Source: a virus. Taken from it: 64,000 nt of DNA. The stretch lies in IMG/VR virus record IMGVR_UViG_3300044825_002278, positions 39,910 to 103,909 of that record, one strand, 5' to 3'. Of this stretch, positions 39,049-50,800 are shown piece after piece. How positions within the stretch are numbered: position 1 is the stretch's first letter; every line of letters starts with the position of its first letter. The translations under genes were made by a program, and so were the position numbers. The notes beneath the pieces are model-generated. The model was not told the DNA's origin. It searched no databases and worked only from the letters and a program-made list of their open reading frames with translations.

Positions 39049-39059
39049 TATTATACACA
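39049..39059 (-). promoter_or_regulatory. Promoter-like motif TGTGTATAATA
   Basis: Exact copy of the motif at 80-90, 30 nt upstream of the 39019 start. Confidence 0.6.
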
Positions 39060-39083
39060 TAATAATCGAATATGAATTAAATT

Positions 39084-39977
39084 TTAAGTATCTCCAGTGG
39101 CACATGGAGCTGGTGGGCATTCACCGGCACATTTTTCTGGACAACCAACCCATACTGGAATCCATTCGTAGTTAATTCTAGCTGCCACAACCCAAATTAA
39201 ATCTTTAACATATTCTTGATAAAGACTTGGATCTCTATTGGTTATCGTGCATTTTTCTTGGCGTTTTTTGGGCCATTTAATCGCATTGGTTGGTGGCGAT
39301 TGAGTACCGGTATCTCTAAAAACCTTAATATTAAAATATGTTGGGCTACATGGAGTAGATGGGGCAACAATAGCTTGCTCGGCAACACCGCATATCATAT
39401 GGTGTCCCATACTCCAAACTTTTCTGTCGCGATCCCATTGAAACGCAACCGGTCCACTTTTCCAAATTCCACGATTACTAGCATATTGCGGGTCCATAGT
39501 AAAAACATCATTACCTTTATAAGGAACTGGCCTATCGCCCAAGTCAGAACCCCATCCACTTAAAACCATTGGTCCTCTATGCTGACTTACTGAAACCTGT
39601 GTAATGCTTGGTCTATTTATTTTTCTAATATTCATATCGCTTCCGCTGTCGCCGGTTCCATTATTCATTACAATTTGATAATCGCATTCAGTTATAAAAG
39701 TTGTTGGGTTTCCATCTAGCCATGTTGAAAAATACGGATCTAACTCAGATCTAGTTGCTCCAAGATGTCCACTATTATACTTTCCGTTGGATCTTGAATC
39801 ACCAACAGGTATTTCAAAACTAGAAACTACACCGCTACGATTTTGTCCACCCCTAACAATTAAAATTGGAGAATAAAGCTGCTCATGTCCTGTAACAGCA
39901 TAATTTGATGGAAATTGTCCTGCGGCAGCAGCAATGTCCGATAAAATCCCATACGATCCACTAATGTCTAACGGCAT
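39084..39977 (-). CDS. Putative tail-tip protein
   Basis: Follows the large tail protein; GP..F.WD..RKVW motif; Cys-rich C-terminus. Confidence 0.55.
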   Translation of the reverse strand: MPLDISGSYGILSDIAAAAGQFPSNYAVTGHEQLYSPILIVRGGQNRSGVVSSFEIPVGDSRSNGKYNSGHLGATRSELDPYFSTWLDGNPTTFITECDYQIVMNNGTGDSGSDMNIRKINRPSITQVSVSQHRGPMVLSGWGSDLGDRPVPYKGNDVFTMDPQYASNRGIWKSGPVAFQWDRDRKVWSMGHHMICGVAEQAIVAPSTPCSPTYFNIKVFRDTGTQSPPTNAIKWPKKRQEKCTITNRDPSLYQEYVKDLIWVVAARINYEWIPVWVGCPEKCAGECPPAPCATGDT

Positions 39978-39988
39978 ATATTTGTCCT

Positions 39989-42727
39989 TTATTGAGTTCC
40001 ACTATTTATATTTGATTGATTAACTCCTGAAACCACTTTGATAAAAGAAGCATTACCAGACGGATCAGTATGCGCAGATTTTGCTTTATCAAGCATATTA
40101 AAATCGCTTTTTTCAAATTTCAATTTTGGAAATGGTGGTTTTTCTATTTCGCTTCTTAGTTTTTGCGCGCGCGCCCATGAATTTTTATTTATTTTAGCTA
40201 TTCGGTCAAGGTTATATTTTGCCAGTTTTCCAAACTCGGGTGTCCAAGTATTAAATTTGTATGTTGTTTTTACTCCGCCAGTTGCATCAGCCGATATATC
40301 CATTCCGCTCACATAAGGTCCATCGCCAGCAAATCTTTCTCCGATATTAAAAGCTGGAGCGCCAGCAAGCTCGATAGAGCCAGTTTCACTTTCATGCATT
40401 TCAGAAGTAGAAACTTGAGCGTATATACTTCCTGCTATAAGTAAATCTAAATAGCTACCATAAGTTTCTGGAACAAGCTGTGTTATTTCTGATGCCTCTG
40501 CTCGTCCGTCTGGACTATAATTTCCACGAACTAAAACACCTCCAATATTTGTATCGTTTCTCAAAGTAATCCAAGGACCATAATTAAATCTTTGACTTTC
40601 TTGAGGAATGCCAATATAAGTTGGATCTAAAACATCTGGAGGAATTGCTATTTGCAAACTTTGTTTTCCAGATCCTATATATCTTATTGGAGGTATATTA
40701 ATTCCAAGAAGCATTTTAACAACATGTGTTAAACCAAAATCTGGAGTTGTAACTGCGTCGAATTCCCTTGGCTGACAACCAGTTTTAAACATTACTCCAA
40801 ATGTACCTACATTCGCACCAAAACCGTATGTATACCAAAAAGACTCGCCATCGGGTTGTCCTTTTTTAGTAACAACACTCCCAGAAGCTTTATTTACGCC
40901 AAGACCATAATCTGAACCAAGGGCCGATAAATCGGGAGTACCGCCATTTCTTCCAATTACCATTGGATAGCCAACACAGGCTTGCATTTTACCACTGCCA
41001 TCAAAAAAAGAAGCATCAACAGCAGGAGCATATTTTCCATACTGGATAAAAGCTGAACTTGCTACCGACCAAGACCTCATGTAATACGTGTCTTCATAGT
41101 CTTCTTGCGGCGAATAAATATTGTAATAGGTATTGGCACTTTCGCTTGGGAGAAAAACAAAATATTCTTGTTTGTAGGAATTGCTTGCCACCGCAGAAAC
41201 AGCAGCAAAAATTTTATCACAAATTGCGTTTTTTTGTTCGCTCCAAGCCTGATTTGCGCGTTGAAGATTTGTGCATATCATATCATAACTATTACCAATA
41301 CCAGCTACCAATAAATTTAAAATGCCAACAGTTGCTTCTTGAGTAGCAGTAAATGGAGCATCAATAAGGCGGGTAATTCCATTTGGCTCTTTCTTTGCAA
41401 TAACTTCCATAGTCTTCCAAAACTGCCAAGATTCTTTTCCTTGAAGAGCCATTCTTATTTCAAATGGTGTACATCTATATATTCCATAACCAGCAACAAA
41501 TATTCCTATGCCTGCTGGACTCAAAGGAGATCCGTACACCAAGCCAGATTGACCAATAACATTTGGACTGTTTTTGACTACGCTACTGGATTGACCCCAA
41601 ACAGCATATGCAGCAGAAGAAATGTCCAATGGGCCATATTCTAAATATCTTGTTCGTCTTCCGCCCCAAATGATTTTTTGAGTTACAGTATCCGCAAACT
41701 CTTTTCCAAGATTGTAAGACATTAAAATTTTGTTATCACGATTTCTTACTTCTTCGATATACTTTTTTATTCTGTTGGGTTCTGGTGGAAATGACTTATC
41801 AACAATTTGTAGATATATGGTTGGCTTGAGACTATTAGGAATTTGCTGACCTCCATTAGGAAGATCGTCAATACCACTTTCAGGCTGTATGCTATAATAA
41901 TAATCGAACTGATGAAATTCTCCAAGCTCTTGTATTAGTCCATTCACATTTTTAACCGGACCCTGAACACGCAGCGCCATCAAGTCTTTATCTGTCAAAC
42001 CAATATTTCTATAAAACTGCTCTAAATTAGATATGTCTAAAGCATAAGTTGAAGCAGACGCTGAAAAGTTTGGCCCATTACCAACACCAGAAAATCTCAT
42101 TGGACCGCCCCAAGGATTATTGCCAACTGGTTCGTGTCGCATTAAAATTTCCATAGCAGATAAAATACTCAAAACTGGCATACCAGAAGAGTTAAATCCA
42201 GATGCTCCAAAATTTCCTCCAGACGGAATATAATTTAAGCCATAAACAGGATTTTCATAAAAAGCAAAAAGGTTGTAAACATTGTAGTAATTTCCATAGA
42301 ATGCATGAAAAGTACTAATATTTGTACTTGACTCAAGTTGATTGTATTGATTAGCAAATAAGTCAGTCGCGCCGTTCCAATTTTCTATAACTAATTGAAC
42401 ACCATCCATTAACTTAGATGGAGATTCTAACACAATATCGTATGTTCGACCGCTGGGACTTTCTTTGTAAGTCCATCTTTGAAAGATTCCACCAAAATAG
42501 AAACCGTTATATTTAAAATAACAAGCAGTGCCAGTGTTTGGTGAATTAACACTTCCGCCATAAAAAGGATTTCCTTCTTTGTCTTTTTCTAAAACAACAC
42601 CATTGGTTTCATCTTCAACCAATGTCATTTGAAGACTTCCGCCTTGGCCATTTAAACCAATCCCCACAGAAATATTTGAGATGTAAACCCCAAACATTTT
42701 AGGCGTGTCGTTTGCGTTTATTATCAT
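39989..42727 (-). CDS. Large tail-tip/baseplate-hub-like protein
   Basis: 912 aa downstream of the TMP; N-terminal hub-like strands; C-terminal GSIELAGAP...VSGMDIS...TTYKF. Confidence 0.6.
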   Translation of the reverse strand: MIINANDTPKMFGVYISNISVGIGLNGQGGSLQMTLVEDETNGVVLEKDKEGNPFYGGSVNSPNTGTACYFKYNGFYFGGIFQRWTYKESPSGRTYDIVLESPSKLMDGVQLVIENWNGATDLFANQYNQLESSTNISTFHAFYGNYYNVYNLFAFYENPVYGLNYIPSGGNFGASGFNSSGMPVLSILSAMEILMRHEPVGNNPWGGPMRFSGVGNGPNFSASASTYALDISNLEQFYRNIGLTDKDLMALRVQGPVKNVNGLIQELGEFHQFDYYYSIQPESGIDDLPNGGQQIPNSLKPTIYLQIVDKSFPPEPNRIKKYIEEVRNRDNKILMSYNLGKEFADTVTQKIIWGGRRTRYLEYGPLDISSAAYAVWGQSSSVVKNSPNVIGQSGLVYGSPLSPAGIGIFVAGYGIYRCTPFEIRMALQGKESWQFWKTMEVIAKKEPNGITRLIDAPFTATQEATVGILNLLVAGIGNSYDMICTNLQRANQAWSEQKNAICDKIFAAVSAVASNSYKQEYFVFLPSESANTYYNIYSPQEDYEDTYYMRSWSVASSAFIQYGKYAPAVDASFFDGSGKMQACVGYPMVIGRNGGTPDLSALGSDYGLGVNKASGSVVTKKGQPDGESFWYTYGFGANVGTFGVMFKTGCQPREFDAVTTPDFGLTHVVKMLLGINIPPIRYIGSGKQSLQIAIPPDVLDPTYIGIPQESQRFNYGPWITLRNDTNIGGVLVRGNYSPDGRAEASEITQLVPETYGSYLDLLIAGSIYAQVSTSEMHESETGSIELAGAPAFNIGERFAGDGPYVSGMDISADATGGVKTTYKFNTWTPEFGKLAKYNLDRIAKINKNSWARAQKLRSEIEKPPFPKLKFEKSDFNMLDKAKSAHTDPSGNASFIKVVSGVNQSNINSGTQ

Positions 42728-42739
42728 TTCCTAATTTCC

Positions 42740-44152
42740 TTAATTGCTTGGTTGATTGTCTGTCCAAACATAATCTAGACCCAATGTGTATTGTCCAGTT
42801 ATTGGATTCCATGTCTCGGTCATATTTTCTCTATACTTTGGACTTATATTTGGCAGATAAGAATCAATATAAGCCAAGGCTAAACTTGTTGGTCTGCTGA
42901 CTCTTGAATTTTGATTCATTGTTACATCGAGAGAAATGCTCCGTTTGCGCTCGCCAGTGGTTTGCATGTTTTGAATAATTGGGCCACTTGTTTTAGCGAT
43001 TATTGGTAATATTGCAACGATTTGATTGCCGCCATCCTCGTTATTGTAAGTAATATTTAAACTTACACTCGAAGCGCCAGCAAAAGGAACAACCCTATCA
43101 TTGAAACTTTGTGTTACAGTTATTATTCCATCTGTTCGATTATCGCTTCTTGAAGTTGATATTGGATTAACATTGAATGTCTTTGAACCGCCAGCAGTAA
43201 TATAAAATTGACTAGCCCATGTGGATATGTTTGGCTTAATGTAAGTTTCATAAAACGCCACTGCGTTGGTATACTTGTCAGAAGTTCCACCGTTTAAATT
43301 AAGCGAAGATAATCCATTGATAGTAATATTTGCTTGGACTGTTTGAGCCTCAGAAGTTTGATCGCCGTCAAAAGTAAATTCTACCGATGAAGTTGCAGGA
43401 TACAAACTGGTCTGCCAAGTAGTAGTAGCGCTGTAAGTACCTTCAAGAATATCCTGTGTTATTTGAATTGTTCGATTATAAGTAGAGTAGCCAACCGGAA
43501 TTTGTAGCGATACTGGCTCTGGTACTTTAGAAAGGTCTTGTGGAACAGTTGTAATAGGATTTGTTGATATTCTGTCCTGCACCCATTGTTTGGCTGCAAT
43601 GTAGCCAGACTTTTGCGTATCTCGGTTTGATCTTCCTGTGGCAGAAAGAGTTTGTGTGATAGTAAAAATAGTCTGCGGTAATCCAGTAACAATATCCGAA
43701 TATGTTCCTTCGTCTATGCTTGTTTCCCAGCTTTCAGATATTTCTGTTAAATGTGTTTTACTAAGAGTACTTCCAGTAAAACTATAAGCTTCAAAATTCA
43801 AAGTATAATCTTGATTTTGAATACCGCGACTAACTTCATCTTGCTGGGCTGCTTCGGTACTGATTATGATACAGTCAGTGAAAACCAAAGAAGTTGGCCC
43901 GTCGATTGTTAAAGTTCCAACTTCACCAACAACAGCCGCAATAGTTTTAACCAAATTACGCTGATTGTTTTCGCGTTGATTTAGATCGCCTGTAATAATC
44001 AAAGTGCCTGTTACTGTAATGTTATACTTTATGCCCAAATCAACCATGTCTTTTCTGATTGGTTCAGACGTAATGCTATATGCTGGCGCTGGATTGCTGC
44101 CTCCGCCAATTTGTATGTTTGATCCGCCAGTATAAGCAAATGTTATCGACAT
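42740..44152 (-). CDS. Minor tail protein (distal-tail-like)
   Basis: T/S-rich beta protein downstream of the TMP with repeated E(S/T)W motifs. Confidence 0.6.
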   Translation of the reverse strand: MSITFAYTGGSNIQIGGGSNPAPAYSITSEPIRKDMVDLGIKYNITVTGTLIITGDLNQRENNQRNLVKTIAAVVGEVGTLTIDGPTSLVFTDCIIISTEAAQQDEVSRGIQNQDYTLNFEAYSFTGSTLSKTHLTEISESWETSIDEGTYSDIVTGLPQTIFTITQTLSATGRSNRDTQKSGYIAAKQWVQDRISTNPITTVPQDLSKVPEPVSLQIPVGYSTYNRTIQITQDILEGTYSATTTWQTSLYPATSSVEFTFDGDQTSEAQTVQANITINGLSSLNLNGGTSDKYTNAVAFYETYIKPNISTWASQFYITAGGSKTFNVNPISTSRSDNRTDGIITVTQSFNDRVVPFAGASSVSLNITYNNEDGGNQIVAILPIIAKTSGPIIQNMQTTGERKRSISLDVTMNQNSRVSRPTSLALAYIDSYLPNISPKYRENMTETWNPITGQYTLGLDYVWTDNQPSN

Positions 44153-44880
44153 TATTGATATCCTATCTCAAAAAGTGTTGTGGTTTTAACAATAGGAGTT
44201 TTGATAAATAGTGTGGCTGAATTTGTAGTAAGCGACCGTCCAGAAGCAAACATCGTCATTGATTGGTTTGGGTTTGTTTGCTTGATGAATAGCGGAATAT
44301 CTTTACCTTTATTGAAATCAGTTTCAATATACAGTGTTGTATTTGTATTGTGTGATTGGTCGCCACGAATAGCCAATGATATACCTTTATTGGACGCTGC
44401 ATAGCCACTAATATTGATTACACCAATCAAAGATATAGCGCCTATATCAAGTGGACTTGTGCTACCACCTTGAGGAATTTCTGGAGGCGCTGGTCTAGTT
44501 ATAAACAAAGTTGTAAAGTTTTTTTCTTCTATGTAAGCTGGTCCGCGCATTGTCAATGTAGCATTGGTTCCAATTACAGTATTTGGAATACCTCTAACTC
44601 GCATTGACAAAGGTTTGGCTATTGGTGTTCCGCCATAGTTTGGTTGACCATTCATATAAATTGGCATTTTGCCACTGGCAACGCCATCAGATAAGGGCAA
44701 GCCTATAAAAAGCGGTATTTCTGCTGACTTTGGACCGGTAATAAAAAGATTGGCACTTTTAGTAACTTCATAAACTGGCCCAATAAATAAACTAATATCG
44801 CCCGAAGCGTCAGGACCGCCGCGTATGGTCAAAGTTGTAGTGTTTACAGTTTCTAGTCCAAATACCATTTTAGCTACCAC
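44152..44880 (-). CDS. Virion protein with ~13 short xxLFI beta-strand repeats
   Basis: ISLFIG, ANLFIT, IPLFIG, TTLFIT, TTLYIE, IPLFIK, ATLFIK, TTLFEI. Confidence 0.6.
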   Translation of the reverse strand: MVAKMVFGLETVNTTTLTIRGGPDASGDISLFIGPVYEVTKSANLFITGPKSAEIPLFIGLPLSDGVASGKMPIYMNGQPNYGGTPIAKPLSMRVRGIPNTVIGTNATLTMRGPAYIEEKNFTTLFITRPAPPEIPQGGSTSPLDIGAISLIGVINISGYAASNKGISLAIRGDQSHNTNTTLYIETDFNKGKDIPLFIKQTNPNQSMTMFASGRSLTTNSATLFIKTPIVKTTTLFEIGYQ

Positions 44881-47800
44881 CAGCCTTAAAATTTATATTG
44901 TCTAATCTTGCATCTAGTTCTCGTGTTATTATTTCTTTCAGTTTTGGAGTTATAGCTTCGGCTATTTGATTTTTTAACACATCGCCATTTTGAATATTGA
45001 AAGCCAAAGTCATGTCTCCACTAAATTGATGAACAACATTCATTCCAGCAGAAAGAGCAGAAACTAAACTTCCAACAATTCCGCCAAAACTACTAAATGC
45101 CGTTATAATGTTATCAAGTCCACTTTTGAAATCGCCACTAAATGAATCAAAAATACTTTGAATACCGTTAAAATTAAATGAAAACCCGCCGCCGGATTTG
45201 GGAATTCCACCATCTCCTAAATAATTCACTCCGCCAACCAAACCGCCGCGACGAAATCCCGGAACTTGTCCCTTGTTCAGAGACTTCATATAACCAACAC
45301 CGAATTTGTTTACAGCTTCGGGACTCATAACAAATTCGCCCGGAGTCAACATGGCCGGTATTGTGTCGGCTGGATTTCCACCTTCGTTAAAATATTTTGC
45401 GCGACCACCGCTTTGCATGTAAACCAAACCACCGCCAGAAAAATAAAACCCACTTGCCCGAAGTCTTTCAACAGCATCTCTTTCTTTTGTGGAAAGTCCC
45501 ATTCCAGCATCTCTTGCGTTTATTTGATCTTTTGTAGAAACATCGGCTCCAAACCCAACGGCGGTATTTGTTTTAGTTTTCCCCGGAGGGATTTTAACTG
45601 TTGCCACATAACTTTGTACAGAAGCAATAACATCTTCCCAAGTATCAATTGGACCTTTAGTTCCTAAAGCAGCTTCAGTTAAAAGTCCCCAGCCGGAATA
45701 TTGTATTTTTTTATATGCTTTTAAAGTTGTTATGTCGGCAAGTGACTTTTTAACCCAGTTCTCTATTGTTTCAACTGTAGCCTCTGGATTTAACATAGAT
45801 CCAGAAGCATTAATTTCGGAAAAAATTGCTCCAGCTCCAGAATTCATCCCATTCATGAAATCTGCAACAGCTTTTGTTTCTGCGGCAAGAAATCTATTCG
45901 ACTGAAACTTCCCAGATCTAATCAAAAAAATCAAATCTTTTATGTCTTTATCACTAGAATTCAGATCTTTAGCAAATTTAGTGAGTTGTCCGCTTTGTGC
46001 TAAAGCGGCGATTCCTCGCTGCATCATTGATGTATATGAAGCGCCACTTATTAGATTAATTCCGCTCAATGGTCCAGCGCCAGTAGTAGTAGCGGTAGCA
46101 GCACCGATTGGAGTTACTGGACCGCCAGCAGCGCGATAAATTGGACCGCCCATTGCTTTGTTTACAGTGGATGTGTTTCCATTGTTTATTGCAGCAAGGT
46201 TAGAAACGCCAATTTTGTCCACGGCTGATTTACGAATAACAAATTCGCCGGGAGTTAACATCGCTGGAACAGTATCTGTGCCGCGAGGTTTGAATATAGT
46301 TCCTCCGGCAGCTTTGTAAATCGCACCTTGATTTCCTATCACTCCATTTTCAGTTCTTAATATAGGACCACGATATGATGATGAAACTTTGGATTGCTTA
46401 CTTGAAGCGGCTTTTTTTGCATCTTCGTCATTAAGACGATCCCAAGGAAGTTTTCTCAATTCGCCCATTGCAGTTACTAATCTAACTGCATCTTGATCAG
46501 CAGAAATTACAGCGCCCTCAAATGGAGAACTTAATATCCCCTGAGTATCGGTCCATTTTTCAAAAGGATAATTTAATTTTTCAACAACTCTTACGCGTGA
46601 ATTTGACAAAAGATCAGTCCAAGGAACATCAAATTCTCTAGACTGTGCCGGTTGATTTGGAACATCTAATCTTTTTACTTTTGTAATTTTCACTCCAGAT
46701 GTTGATGCAGAAAGAATATCAGCTTTTATCTTTCTTCCATCCGAACTATAAAGTACATCGCGAGTATCTTCTGCCTCTTTGGCCAACTCCTGCATTCTAT
46801 TTTCTTTTTCAATTGCCTTTTTTTGTTTTCTGCTTTCTTCAGCCTGTTCAGCCTGTTGCGCCATACGTTCATTACGAGATTTTTCGGCTGCGATTTGATT
46901 ATGAACCTGTCTAGCAGCTTGATCGCGGCGCTCTTTTTCTCTAGCTTTTTCTCTGCTTGTTTTCATTTCTGGATCATTATCATATCGCTCGCCAAGGTCT
47001 GCGTCAGGAGCTATAGATAAAAGGTAATTTCTTATAAGATCTTCTGTAACATATAATCCACTACTAGAAAATTTGTAAGCTCCAGCGTCTTTAAATTTTT
47101 GATTTTGTCTTATATTATTATCTAATTTTATTTCATCATTTAAAACACCATACTTTGCAAGCTGATCTTTGTTTTTTTTAACAGCAAGATTTGCTAATCT
47201 ACGTTTTTCTTTTTCGGAATTGAATCGAGATAAAACTTTTGGTTTAAAATCATTTGAAATATTTTTACTAGCTAAAAGTACGCCAGCAAATACCTCTTCA
47301 AAATCTGGATTAGATTTCTGTATTCCAAACATTTTAGTTGTTAATGGTTGTAAAATATCAACAAACCCAGAATCAATTAATTTCTTATACCTTCCAGCCT
47401 CTCCAATCATTCTTTTTCCGCTAGTTTGAGGTGGATTAGGAAGTCTATCAATCATACTAAAGAAATCATTAGGATCTGATAATTCCGAATAACTCATCAA
47501 AGAGTTTCTTAGCTGCTCTTTTAATGCGCCATCTCCAAATATTTTTGAAAGAATTTTACTTCTTGTGACATCTGGAAAACTTTCAGTATTATCAATAATA
47601 CCGGAACCTGTAAACATATTTCCATAATAGTCTGCTATAGTTTGCAAATAAGATTGATTTTGAAGCTCTGGACTTTCAATAGCATTGTTCAAATATTGCA
47701 TTTTGATAAATAAATCCCTTAATCCCGGAAATTGTCTTTCTGCATCACTCCACTCGCTATAAGGCTTTAAATCTGGATATTTTTGAATTAATTCATCTTC

Positions 47801-50800
47801 TTTTTTATTACTTCCGTTAGCACGATATATAACACTTCCGCCTTTGCTTCTATTAATTGCTTTCAATAACGGCATATTTTTAGCAGCCGAACGTGCATTG
47901 ACAACATATTCGCCCGGAGTGAGCATTGCCGGTACAGTGTCGGTTCCTTTGGACTGAATAGAACCGCCATCGGCACGATAAACAACACCACCCTTTGAAA
48001 AACCAAGAGAACCAGCCTGCGTATTGAGATTACTAGCCGGAACTTTGGCGGCAATCGCCTGAAGTTTTGTTTGTGTCCTGAGTTCTTGTAAAATTAATTC
48101 TTCGGTTGTGGTTTGTGTAGCAAGTTCTTTAGCAATGTCTGGCGGAAAACCTAGACGAACGGCATCTCGGAAAACAAGCTCATTGGCAATTTGACCGCCA
48201 GTTAATCCAGTCCCAGCAATCATAACATCTTTTAATTTATCGAGCAAACCAAAAGTTTGCGAGCGTTGTTCTTCGCTCAAATTCTGCGTTGTCCCAGTTT
48301 GTATGGCAGACAAAACTCCCATTGCGCCAGATGTGATTGCAGATCTTGCATCATCTCCGCCAGCAACAAACTCTTTTAAAACAGAGAATGCTTGCTCGCG
48401 AACTTGACGTTCTTTATCTAAAGCTTCTGTAAGCCGATCTATTTCAGCGCCTGAACTCGCAATTTCTTCAAGAGCAGCCGAAGCATCTTTTGTAACATTG
48501 GCAAGTTGCGCTTGTTCAGCTTGAAGTTTAGACAATTGGCCATCTAGGTCTTTTACAGTATTTCCCAATTGTTTCAAACGCGCTATTTCGTTTATAATTT
48601 CAATTGTACGAGCTTGTGCCGCTTTCTTTTCGCGAGCAAGTTGTGCTGGATCTGTAGCATTTAAAAATCTCCCGCCGCGACTAGCTTGCCCAGCGTTGAG
48701 TGTTCTTTGACGAGATTCGAGTTCGTTTCTGGCTCTTACAGCGGCAACACTTTGTCCAGTGGCACGCGCCAAAGCTTCAGAACCAGATGAAACGGCGCTA
48801 TTGTATTTGCTAATTGCCGACAATTGTTCTTCGCGCAACATTTGTTCGGCTTGAATTTGTTGTTGCCGAAGATTGATTTCTTCCTGCTGAACCGATTGAA
48901 TTTCATTGATGATACTTGCTGAATCTTTGGCACGTTCTGCCAAAGGCGCAAGAATTTTATCCAAAACTTCTGGAGTAATTGGTGTTTTTTGATCGCGCAA
49001 AGTAACGGCAATTTGCTGGAAAATAGCTTTTCCTAATTCTCCACCGCCCAAAGCTTCTGGAGTTAAACCTATATCTTTTAAAATCTTTTCAGCGTCAATA
49101 GACTCTTCTAATTCAAATGTTTTACCAATTAGCGACTTGTTTGCTTGTTCAAAAAGTTTGGCTACATTGGTTAGTTCATCGGCTGCTTTTTGAGCTTCTG
49201 GACTTCCAGAAACTTGGGCAACACCTTGAACTTGACGAGAAAATTTTGCGGCATCGGTGATTTTGCTTGGTTCTTCGATATTTCTAATTGGTTTAATTGC
49301 AGTCGATAAATCAACAATACCGCCAGAAAGAGTATCAGTAAAATCTTTTAATGCTTCGGAGCGCGCCTTGATTGTATCCTTTTCATCGGCCAAAGAATCT
49401 AAAAATACAGCAGTTCTTCGCGCTGCTTCGGCCATAGCAATTTGAGCAGCTACTGCCCGTTGATTTGCTTCCGCCTCGGCCATTTTTGCCTTTATAGTTG
49501 CGTCTCTTCCTGCATAAGCAGCGTTAATTTTTATCTGACTTTCTTTATTGACTGCATCTACAGCATTTTTATCCTGCGAGTTAACTTGACTTAATTTGAA
49601 ATCCCGTTCTCTTTCAAGTGATTGAACATAAGCTTCTATTGCTTGATTGTAAGCAGCAACGGTTTTTTGAGCAGCGTTGGTGGTTCCACTAAGATCTAAA
49701 TTAGCGGCAGCATCATTTAAATTCTTACCAGTTTCTTGAATTTGTCTTGCCGTTTCGTCTGCCGAAGCTTTGAGAGTTGCAACGCTTGCTTTAACGCTTG
49801 CTTGTATATCGGCTATATCGCCTTCGCCCAAATCTGGGTTGTTCTTTTTTGCCGCTGCTGCTATTTCTTCTGGACTCATAGCAGATGCCGCTTCTGTAGT
49901 TACTCCCAATCTTCCAGCGCTAGTTTTTAATTGGTTTGAAGCTAATGTTCCGGCTCTTAAAGCATCGTTTCCAGCAGAAGAAGTAGCAATAGCCTCCATT
50001 CTTCGTTCAAGTTTATCTTGATTGCTAAGTCCCGGAGTAGACTCTATTGCGTTTAAAGTACTGCTTAATTTGTATGAAGATGCGCTTAATTGAAGATACG
50101 ATTCGTATACTTTTCCAATTGCTTCAACTTCGCGTCTTCTTGCTTCTGCCGCCTCCATAACCGCCGACTCTGAATCCAACAAAGCCGTTCCAAGTCCAGC
50201 AGCAGCTCCAATGGCTCCACCGATAGCTGCGCCAAAAGGACCGCCAAGTAAAAATCCAACTCCAGCGCCAGCGGCAGTAAAAGAAGCAACAGTTTTCAAT
50301 GAACTTGCAGACATTTGCTCGGCGCTTCTTTGTCGCATTTCAAGTTCTTGTTCAAGTCCAGCTTGTAGTTCTCCGGGTTTAAAATTAGATACCCCAGTTT
50401 CTGCTGCACTTTTGAGTCTAGCGTCTCTATCTTTGCTGATTGCTTCTGCGCTTTCTTTGTTTTGAGAAGACAAAAATTTTAGCGCAGACACGGCAGCAAC
50501 GGCTGCAATAACCACAAGCCCAAGCGCATTTGCAGCGGCAGCGCCTTTTTGGGCTGCGGTATTTTGTGTAATAGAAGTGGTGTTTGCTTGAACCGCGAGA
50601 CTATTTGCGCCAAAAGATGTTAAAGTTTGTGCAAGCGTTCCAACAATACCAACCAAACCTACGGTAAAGCCAGCGGTTTCTGCTATTGCTTTGTTTGTTG
50701 TGTCGCCAAATAATCCAAGTTGACTTGTTACTGCTGCTACCGAAGCCCCAAGAAATGCAAAATTTTGCATACTACCAGCAATTTCACCGCCTCTTTGAGC

